From: Anthoceros angustus
Lineage: Eukaryota > Plantae > Anthocerotophyta
Reading direction: 5' to 3'
Length of the DNA stretch: 64,000 nt
Assembly (NCBI GenBank): GCA_010909165.1
Contig: MU008212.1
Span: 186,001 to 250,000 of the forward strand
Part shown: positions 39,006 to 48,789 of the stretch, piece by piece
How positions within the stretch are numbered: the first letter of the stretch is position 1
How the letters are laid out: each line of letters starts with the position of its first letter
Notes under the pieces: generated by a model
Told to the model about the DNA's origin: nothing
Seen by the model: only the letters and a program-made list of their open reading frames with translations
Databases searched by the model: none
Position numbers and translations under genes: made by a program

Positions 39006-39808
39006 CCTCCATGACGGATTCTTGGACTTTGTAGCCTACATGCTTGATCTTAATTCTTGGCCCGAATTCGAGCCGTGATCACACCCGCACATGTCGGGAG
39101 ATCTTCGCCGAGCCTTAATTGCGCTTGGCCGTGATACCTTGTATGGTCCACATAACCACACCATCCTATTTCCATACCCATGCCACTCATCATGCCACCA
39201 CACACATAGCACACACACCATCACACTCGATTCTTATCTACCTCTTTCTACCAGCTGCGTGCCATGGCGTGTCCGCCCGGCCGCATAAGCGGACATGGCG
39301 GCATGCCATCCTATCAAAATCCACAAAACAAAAGTCTTTCAACTACTTGCTATCAACTCGTAACCTTGGGCCACATGCGTCATCACCACCTCCGTCTCCT
39401 GCGTTTACAAATGGCAAAATTCTTGGCTTGGGATGGTTGTCCTCTGCACACACCACGGTGAAGCTTGTCATCACAAGGTACTTGAAAAAGTGCTTGGGAT
39501 GCAATGGGTACATTCTATTGAATCGGACATCAACAATCCGCCCTCCATGGCTCCGATTCTTTGGACTTTGTAGCCTACATGCCGATCTTATTCTTGGCCC
39601 GAATTCGAGCCTTGGTGATCACACCCGCACATGTCGGGAGATCTTCGCCGAGCCTTAATTAAACGGCCGTAATGCTTGTATGGTCCACATAACCACGACA
39701 CCATCCTATTTCCATACCCATGCCACTCATCATGCCACCACACATAGCACACACACACACCATCGCTCAGTTCTTATCTACCTCTTTCTACCACCTGCGT
39801 GCCATGAC
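38889..39808 (-). repeat. 5' terminal repeat block B-A-B of the DNMT-gypsy
   Basis: B 38889-39268, A 39270-39409, B 39412-39808; same sequence as 14355-14968 and 16010-16663. Confidence 0.85.
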
Positions 39809-39814
39809 GGCCGC

Positions 39815-41900
39815 CTCGAACCCTCATCGGTGAAGTCGCAACCCATTTGTGGAAGGCGGCGGCTGGCGGAGCGGAGGTGGGAACCACAGGTCGACCTCGC
39901 CGAATTGGCGGTGTCACCGATTTAGTGAGGCCGGGGGCTCTGCGGAAGGATGGCGCCCAAAGTCACAATCGACAGATTGCTGTTCCAATGGCCAAACATG
40001 GACCATTGGAAAGTTCGAGCCCGTGGAAGGAGTTTCGAGCCGGCTTCATGGAGAAGCGGTGGAATTACTGAACTTGGGACTGGCAGAGGAGTGCGCCGCC
40101 ACCTAAAGACAAGCAACCCGTAGGGAATTAGAGCAAACCGGATTGGGACTCGAATTGGTTAGGGAAGTGTATGGGCGCAAGGAGGAGGCGGGGGTTTGGT
40201 GATGGAACCTTCTCGGAAAAGGAGCATGAAGAGCAGCAACCGCCTCGTGAAGGCGGGCGTAATCCGGAACCCAATGGTTGGTCGACGCGAGAATTGGCAA
40301 CAAAGATGCTTAATGGGTCCGCTGGGATGGCTTCTCTCGCTTCCTACAGACAAGAAGCAGTGATTATTTGTCGACCACTTGTCGTTGTTCCTCCATGAAG
40401 TTGTCAAGGGGCGAAAATCGATTGGGGACGACTTTGAGAAGTTGAGTGAAGAAAGGTTGAATCGATTTCTCCTACGGCCCTCTCTAATTTCACCATTCCT
40501 AGTTCATCTTTATGCGCATGCTAACCGCCGAGGTAGAAATTGTGGCCTCCTTCATATGTGGAAGCCGTCGAGGTGAAGTGGAAGCGGAGGAGCCCAAGGA
40601 GGAGGCGGGGGTTTGGTGATGGAACCTTCTCGGAAAAGGAGCACAAGAAGAAGCCGCCCGGTGAAGGCGGGCGAATCCGGAACCCAATGGTTGGTCGACG
40701 CGAATTGGCAACAAAGACAGCTTAATGGGTCTCGCCAGATGGCTTCGCTTCCTACAAGACAAGAAGCAGATTATTTGTCGACCACTTGTTGTTCCTCCAT
40801 GAAGTTGTCAAGGGGGCGAAAATCGATTGGGACGAATTCTCGAGAAGTTGAGTGAAAGGTTGAATCGATTTCTCCTACCCCGGCCCTCTCTAATTTCACC
40901 ATTCCTAGTTCATCTTTATGCGCATGCTAATTGCCCGCCGAGGTAGAAATTGTGGCCTCCTTCATATGTGGAAGCCTGTGGAGGTGAAGTGGAAAGCGGA
41001 GGAGCCCAAGGAGGAAATCGAGGAGGAATCGGACAGCTGGGAGTCCATGGCGACAGGCAGTTCTGAGGAAGAGAAGGAAATTTCTACCAGCAAGAAGAGG
41101 AAGACCGGGAGTGGCAGACGGTCCCAAAAGTGAGAAGGGAACTGTGAAGGCGGGTGCCGCCATGGTGAGAAAGCAAAGAAAATGAAAGCCAAACGGCAGA
41201 CTGAGGTGGCGGAGGAAGAGGCGCGTCCGAGGAAGAATTTTGCCGACTGATGATGATGAGCCGGCCAGGAGGAATTAGGTCGACTCGTGAGCGGACCCCT
41301 CCTCAAAGATGGGAAGAGATTTTCAAGGGGACTCCACTGCAATGAGGTGGACGCAAATTGACCGAGGGTGCGCACTTTGTTGGGAAGGAAGGTGCTCGAC
41401 GGAGGATGGCGCTGCACGGGCCGCCGCAGCAGTGGAATTGAACGACATCGATGATCCGGGCCCAAGCGGATTTGTTGGACCAAGCGGCCTTGGCTCTCAC
41501 ATGGCTCAAGGTGCAAGGGCGGCGGAGGAAGTGGTGAAGGCTGTTTGATTTAAGGAGAAGCTCAAGCAAAATCGGAGGAAGACAAGCGGCCTTAGAGGAG
41601 ATAAGAATCAAGCTTCGGAGGATTTGTGCAGTGGCCTGTGAGAAGCCGCAGCCATGACGAGTCACAGGAAGCGCCATGGCTCAAATCAAGGATGCCCACG
41701 AGTCAAACCAGAGATGGGGAGTTGTTGCGAGCCCAGAGCAGTGAGGCGGCCTCGGTGGAGAAGGTCCATAAGCTGAAGAACTATAAACGGGAAAGGGATG
41801 AGGCACGTCGAACCGTAAAAGAGAAGGGGAAGCGAGGTGGTGATCACGACCGGGTAGTGGAAGGCACCGGAGGAAGGACGCAGCCAAGGTGGTGAAACAC
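39815..41900 (+). pseudogene. Degenerate accessory ORF inside the long gypsy LTR, with an internal ~400-bp duplication
   Basis: E/K-rich coding-like pieces (EEPKEEIEEESDSWES, EKVHKLKNYKRERDEARR); ~40180-40580 repeated at ~40595-41000. Confidence 0.45.
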
Positions 41901-43526
41901 CTACCGTGGCCGGACCAACGACGGTCGGAGACCACCACCGTGTAGCGAAGCGAATGGGCGGGCGACAGACGCGACGCGCACCCCGCGAGGACATGGACGT
42001 GCAACTGTGTAGTCTACGGAGGAGGGGGGAGGGACTGTGTCCCACCCATGCAAGTGAGGACCCAGTGCATACTTCTACCACCCGCCAGTGTGGGGATTGG
42101 CCCCTATTATGCGGAGGCGACCTTGGAGGAGTTGAGTGAAGAGGAGGTCCAGTTGGGTGGATGAGGAACCGTGGTAATCCTCGGCAATAGGCGGGAAGAG
42201 GCGAAGTTCCCAAGGTGGTATGCCCTCAATTAGGACGCCAAGAAGGATAAAGGAGGTGGAAGTCCTGTGGAAACCCGCTGAATCAGTGGTGTGAGGGCTC
42301 GTGGCGGCGGAGGACGGGGCCATGACAAGTCGGGGAGGCGCGGATAAGCGTAGGCAATAGGTGGTATAGGAATGAAATTTGGGTAGGATGCCCCATCGAC
42401 CTAAGATCGCTTAGAATTGTGGGCGCGTCCTCACGATAGCTTTTTAGGATCCGGAAACTGGGAAACAGACGCCGATGTATAAGAGGGCAACTTTTGCCCT
42501 CCACAGATAACTCCGGTTGAGATCCCCACGCCTATGGATGGTTGGAGACGTCCGATTGGTGAGGTGGTGCGCGAGACGCCCTAGGGGTGGTCGAGAGCTT
42601 GCTCCGCAACGGGGAAGGAGGGGTGATGGAGCAATTTTGCTGACAACGGAGGAGGAAACCAAGGGATTGGCACGGGGCGGGTCTGGAGCTTGCTCGTAAC
42701 GCCTGCTGTGACGCCCGAGGATTCTTTCCTCCTTCACCCTTGATCCTGACAGTTGTGTTCCGAAATCAGAGAGTGTTTGAGTGGATGGTTGGAAGCCTGC
42801 GGGCGAATTGAGGAAGAGAGAGAGAGAGGGAGAGAAGAGATCGGGTGAAGGAGAGATCAATGTCAGACGCTATGCAGGTGTGAGATCGCGAGTGGAAAGA
42901 GAAGGAGAAATTGGGACGCTTAACAAAGGAGAAGAGTTGTGTGTGGTTTGTGAAACTCAACCGTGCTTGCAAGTGAAAGTGCACAAGGAAACAACGCTTC
43001 GTGGAAATCGTGTGAGTGTGGCGCCCTTTGTGTGTGTGTGTGTGTGAGGAGCGGGTGTGAGGTATCCTAGGAACTTTGGTCCCTAGGAATCGGAGTGCGC
43101 ATGAAGTGTGGAGTGCAGAATAACACCTGATCTGTGAGCAGCGGCAGCCGCCCGTGACAGGGATCCGCGGCGCCGCGCGCCAGAGATGAGTTGCTAGGGT
43201 TTGGTGTGGGACCCACCTCGGTGGTTGTAGCAACTACCCGGTAGTAGTGAGAGTCACCGTGGTAGTGGCTCCGGAACGGGGGTCGTGGAACGAGATTTGC
43301 GGTCGGGAAGTTAGATCCGTGGTAGTTGGATATGACAGGAGGTAGTCGTAGTTGAGTAGATAGGTGCGAAGTGGTAGCGGTCCGTGCTTAGGCAAAGTTG
43401 GTAGTGATAGAAGATAGCCTCTTTTGGCACAAACCATTCCCTTGGGAGCGAATCCCAGGACTACAACGACATTGAGGGTAAATGTGGACCTCACCGTGTC
43501 CCACGACACGAGTTTACACAGCCACA

Positions 43527-43651
43527 GATGGCCGCCTGGTTGGCACAATAAAGGAGTGCGATGGCAGCCTGGTTGGCACAATACAGGAGTGCGATGGCAG
43601 CCTGGTTGTCGCAATAAAGGAGTGCGATGGCCGCCTGGTTATCGCAATAAA
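43527..43651 (-). repeat. 33-bp copia-derived satellite (part 3)
   Basis: Same unit; resumes right after the GATGG TSD. Confidence 0.95.
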
Positions 43652-45106
43652 TAGGTCTGGGTATTTGTTGTAGTTCCCCTAGCTTCGATAATTGTAGAAG
43701 TTGCCAAATACCTTTCTTACTAGCATGAGTTAGGGAACATTATTCAGCTTCTATTGAGCTAAGATTTACAACCTGTTGCCGTGAGGTAAGGGCTACAATC
43801 TGTTGCCTTGAGCTAAGAGTTACAACCTGTTGCCTTTAGCTAAGAGCTACAACCTGTTGCCTTGAGCTAAGAGCTACAACCTGTTGCCTTGAGCTAAGAG
43901 CTACAACATGTTGCCTTTTACTGCTCCAGCTAGTCGCTTTGCCTCCAAACAAGTAGACATAACTACTAGTGCTCTTCCTATTGTTGGGGTTTCCGACGAG
44001 TCGGGGTCGCTGAAACCCTCAAGCTGAAAAGGTTCAAACATCTTGCTTGATGTGTGATTGATATAGGAGTCCCGTATTTGAGATGGCTCTAAGATATCTA
44101 AACACACGATTTATGGCTTTCCAATGATCTTGTGAAGAGTTAGCTAGGAATTGTGGCAAAGCTCCCATTGAATATGCCAAGTCGGGTCTTGTACAAACCA
44201 TGAGGTACATGAGGCTCCCTATCGCTAAGGAGCAGGGGAGCTCATGGGTATTGGAGTCCCGATCTTGTTGCTCATTAGCACAACTAAGATTCACCTCCAT
44301 TGGTGTAGATATAGGTTTGGCTTCTAGCATTTTGTATTTGGTTAAAATCTCTTGAATGTATTTTGATTGATGGATGAATATACTTCTAGCATTTCTATGT
44401 CAAAGAACCTCAATCCCTAGACAGTAGGAAAGATCCCTGCATGTGGTCATGTCGAACTTCTTTGAAAGCATTGACCTACTTTCTTCTAACATATCCTTAG
44501 AGTTGGGCATGAGGACAATATCACAAGACTCCTAGGACGATAATGTGATTATTGCATCTATAGATATAGATGTTGCTATATGAGTCTAACCTAGTAAAGT
44601 CTAAACACTTGAGAGTAATATCTAGCTTGGAGTTCCATTTTATAGGGCTTTGCTTGAGTTCATAGAATGCCTTTGATAGTTTGCAAGCATTATATTTTGC
44701 TTTAATTTTAACCTGTATATCCTCGGGTTTTTCCATATATATGTCATGGTCAAGGTCGCAATATAAGAAAGCGGTGTTTATATCTTACCGCATTAGCTCA
44801 GAATCATGGCTAAGGGTTCTTAAGGATGTGATCTTGAGTACTAAACTGAAGGTCTTATCGTAATCAAGGTTTTTATATCTAACTGCATTAGCTTATAATC
44901 ATGGTGAGAAGCTAATGCCATAAAGGTTCTTAAGGATGTGATCTTGAGTACCAGACTGAAGGTCTTATCGTAATCGAAACCACGTTGCTGTGAGTATCCC
45001 TTTCCCACTAGCCTGACCTTGTATCTCTCTATACTACCATCTGCATTTAGCTTGATCTTAAATGTCCACTTAGATCCTATTTATGTTCTGTCTAGAGGTA
45101 AAGTGG
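43652..45106 (-). pseudogene. Ty1/copia RT and RNase H N-terminus (continuation of the 10.4-11.0 kb relic)
   Basis: KLSKAFYELKQSPIKW, IGSLMYLMVCTRPDLAYS, HWKAINRVFRYL, LEGFSD; ~118-bp duplication at 44.8-44.97 kb. Confidence 0.92.
43755..43918 (-). repeat. 27-bp tandem repeat from the copia RNase H motif (RQQVVALSS)
   Basis: Unit GAGCTAAGAGCTACAACCTGTTGCCTT, ~6 copies. Confidence 0.9.
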
Positions 45107-46284
45107 TGTGGACAAAAGATGAATGATTTGATCTCCCCTCCGGTCAATTTTATAGGAGTTTCAGTTTTTTTGTGACGATTTGTGTGTTGAATAACAGGTA
45201 ATTAAGCTTGGATAATAAGACTTATCTGGCCAGCTATGCCGGCGTGACGGCAACTCCACTGTAAGCGAAGAAATTCCTCCGCCACCTGGCGGGCACTAGA
45301 GGAGGAGGCTCTAACCGACCACGGTGGAGCCGTGTTGCGGCAAGGAGAGCAAATGGGGTGATCAATCAACGCCGGTTGCGCTAACGAGCCATCAACAAGG
45401 CGAGGGGGAAGAGGAAGGCGGGTGAGCCACAAACCAAGATTGGTACCACTGCCGGTAGATGAAGAGTGGGCAGCAGTGGAGCTGGCTGTCCGTTTGGCAG
45501 AGCGGGATGCCTCCTAGGGAGCCGGGGAACACTAATAGCAACCCCACCACGAGCCGGTCAAGCTACTAACTGATTATCAGTTGGCTAAGAGGATAATTCA
45601 ACTTTACTATCAGTTGGCAAAATCTTATAACGAGATGCTTTAGTTACATAAACTTCTAATTGATTAAATCCTTTACTAAGGTCACAAATTTCTTTTTTTA
45701 AAAGTCCCAGATAGTTATTAATAGAACTTTGAAAATAATGAATTTCTGATATATTATCAGCAACTATTTCAGATGTGCTATTAGTCTGCAAATTTATAGA
45801 CGATAAAGCTATGGGGCCAACATGCAAATTAGGTATATGTTGAAGTGCTAATATATTTAACTTGAATGGGGCTAAAAACTTCTAGCAAATTATGTTTAGA
45901 AAATTTAATTAATTCCCCTTGTTAAGATGGTGGGATAAGGATAGAGGCAATGAAGTTAGAAATGTAATTAGAGTTTTTTTCAATTTCTATATCAATTAAA
46001 TCAAGTTTTCTTTGCATCTAACCTCATGGCTCCTAATTTGGGCTTCTTATTTTTCATATTTATTTATATTCTTAATTGTATGCCTATTTCTCCTACGAAT
46101 GAAGAAATCCATGGAAATTAGGCGAAGGATTAGTACACTATTGCATTGTTAGAGAAGAAAAGTTAGCACAAATGAAATGCATTTAAAAGGAGCATTTCTA
46201 ACGTAGGCGCACTCCATTCTAGGAAAATCCTAGATTAGACAACATCTACTACAGTAGCTCCTCAAATGCTTGAAGTTGCATGAG

Positions 46285-46400
46285 CAAATTGAGAGCAAGT
46301 ATGCTCTAATACCATGAAGAGAATCAAAGACTTGCTCAAAAGCATTTGAGCAAGTCTTTGATTCTCTTCATGGTATTAGAGCATACTTGCTCTCAATTTG
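46285..46400. repeat. Perfect 56-bp-arm palindrome containing a copia-type PBS
   Basis: Arms 46285-46340 and 46345-46400, loop AGCA; contains TGGTATTAGAGC (iMet PBS-like). Confidence 0.95.
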
Positions 46401-47626
46401 GTTATAGAAAGTACATGATGTTTATATATGAAAGTTGTTATAAGTTGTTATAACTAAATAACCAAATATTAAAATTAATTCTATCCCTAGGAATTAAATA
46501 ATATTAATTCTAGGGATTTAATGGAACCCTAATGAATACTACCATAATATATAATGTATTTTATCATAGGAAGCTCAGTGGCAACGTGCTTCTTATATGC
46601 AATAGCAGCTTGTTCGCGGCTCGGTAAGACTGCAATAGCCCACTTGAGAAGATGCACCATGACTTGTTTCAATTGCACTGCAATAGACTAATATAGCTTT
46701 TTTTAAACGTTGGCCATGGCTTTCTTGTACATTATCGTCATCCGCGAGAAATTCAATGAATAAGGATCAATCTGAGCATTGGCCGGTAGGGTTGGTGGGG
46801 GTGTCTGGCTGCAGGACAGGCATTGCACCAGCACCCAACCGCCTTGAGGTAATTGCAGCGGCGGCAGTACAGTTTGCTACAGAGAGGCCAGTGCCTCTAC
46901 AAGAGCGCCCTGCAAGAGGGGGCGGCGTTCCAGCTTCATCAACGGTCAGCATCGCCGAGACAGGTGTGGAGGTTCCTGTCGCGACGACGAGTGAGGAGAT
47001 CCGGACGGGGAACAGTCCCCCAGCAAAGAGGAGGAAGACGGTGGTTGGGCGCCTGGCCATGCCAACGCCCAAGAAGAAGTAGGCAGATAGTTGGTAGGGA
47101 GTGAATGGGTCATTAAGACCCCTAGGGGGTTAGTGGGATTATTAGGAGGTAGGTTAAGAACCTTTTAAGAGGCCACCTACTTAAAAACCGTAAGCAACCC
47201 CACCTACCCCACCAGACTTAATTAATGCTAGGGTTTGGGAGCTCCTATAAGAGGAGGAGCTCCCATAATAAAATGTCATGCCTTGCTCTCCGACTGTGTG
47301 CTTGTTTTGCTACACAAGCGTGCGGGCAAGTGTGAGGTGCATGGTGTCCTGGTAGGGTCTTGAGGTGCGGTGACTGGGGTGAGGCGAGGCCCAAACCTTT
47401 CTTTGAGGTAGCGGTAGGTAGCGTTGCGGTGAGGAGGCATTGTGGTTGCGTGACGGTGCGGCGGTGGTGAAGGAAGACCCCTAGCAAAATCCAGCCGCGG
47501 ACGTCGCTGCGGCCAAATGTCCGGCCTAGATCCGTGAGGGCAATGCCCTATGATCCGAGGCGATTCTTTGGGAGGCCGGGAGGCGCCGGGGCGATAGTTA
47601 GCTAGGAAGAGTGGAAGAGGTAGATT

Positions 47627-47830
47627 AGAAGAGAGGAGAAGAGAGGAGAGAGAAGAGAGAGAGAGAGAAGAGAGAGAAGAGAGAGAAAAGAGAGAAAAGA
47701 GAGAGAGGAGAGAGAGCGAGAGAGAGCGAGAGAGGACGAGAGAGGAGCTAGAGAGGATAGGGAGCAAGAGAGAAGGAAGGAGCAAGAGAAAAAAGAAAAA
47801 GACAAAGAGAAGGAGGATCGGAAGAAAAGT
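47627..47830. repeat. Polypurine (GA-rich) tract within the LTR
   Basis: Near-pure GA low-complexity sequence. Confidence 0.9.
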
Positions 47831-48535
47831 GTGAGCAACCTAGAAAAGAGAGGGAAGGTGAAATTTCAAGGGGTGTGACAAGAGCTTGAGGCGGCCCCAA
47901 ATTTGTCACGAGAAGGGTCTTAGGGAGTGTAGGATGGCTGGTGGGAGGAATTGCTTGTATGCGGTGATTTGGGGGTCCCATGGTGCGCAGATGGCGGTGC
48001 CTCTCATGACGAGGTCCGCGCCAGCAGTGGCGTGGTGATGTGACTTATCGAGGTGGGTCACCCAGGCGGCCGGTAGGAGGGGCGGTTAGTCGGTCAGGCA
48101 TGCGAGAGGTCGATGAGTCGAGAGGTCGATCAGGAGGGCACACCCTCCATCCGTCAGGAAGGGCTCCCCACTCCTTCGTGGATGAACGAAACCCTCTTGT
48201 CTGAATCGGCCGATGGGATAAGTGTGCAGCTACGGTGAGGGTTCCGGGTCTAGTGAGAGTGGTGAGAGGGACGGACTAGAGGCGGTGACAAATTTGAATG
48301 ATCTGAATGATGTGAGCGGTCCAAAAGCGTTTATCACGCCCGGGCTGTTCGTGAACGCGTTATGGGTAGTTAGTCGAAAAGCGATGAATGTGTGTTGGTT
48401 AGATGCAAGCAGTCAACTGCGTGAGGTGAGAAAGCGATTGGAGCATGGCGAACCTATCATTCTCTTGGGAGCGGACCCCTTACTACAACGACACGGTTAT
48501 TGCTTGCCGGTGCCGTCGGTGAAAGTCGCGCCACA

Positions 48536-48553
48536 TTTTGGCCGTTGCGGGAA
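48536..48553 (+). promoter_or_regulatory. Primer-binding site (degenerate Athila-type TGGCGCCGTTGCCGGGGA)
   Basis: TTTTGGCCGTTGCGGGAA immediately after the LTR end. Confidence 0.65.
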
Positions 48554-48789
48554 TGAGATCGGCTCATAGCACGTGGAAGGGTAAGTGTGGATGCGTGGAG
48601 GACGTGAGGTAGTCAAAGATGAATTCTTTGAGTGAAGCCGGACGTGGTGGCCAGCGGGCGCTCGAGCACGGGCCGTGAGAGGCGCGAGCTCAAGCGTGAG
48701 ATACCACGGCGGAGTAGATTTGTCGGACCGTGAGGAGGCCATAGCACAAAGTCGGGTGGCAGTAGGGGGAGCGGTTTCTCAACCACTGC

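Larger units (their letters stand above)
14355..39808 (-). mobile_element. Ty3/gypsy LTR retrotransposon encoding a C5-cytosine DNA methyltransferase and a PHD finger
   Basis: TSD GGCCG at 14350-14354 and 39809-39813; ~520-bp terminal repeats at both ends; gag-protease-DNMT-RT-RNase H-integrase-PHD order on the minus strand; PPT at 16664-16677. Confidence 0.88.
13809..43526 (+). mobile_element. Gypsy (Athila/Tat-like) long solo LTR of ~4.2 kb (13809-14354 plus 39809-43526), interrupted by nested elements
   Basis: Starts TGTAAACG and ends ACAGCCACA. 5-bp TSD GATGG at 13804-13808 and 43527-43531 within the 33-bp satellite. 3' motif shared with the other LTRs; no pol present. Confidence 0.8.
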
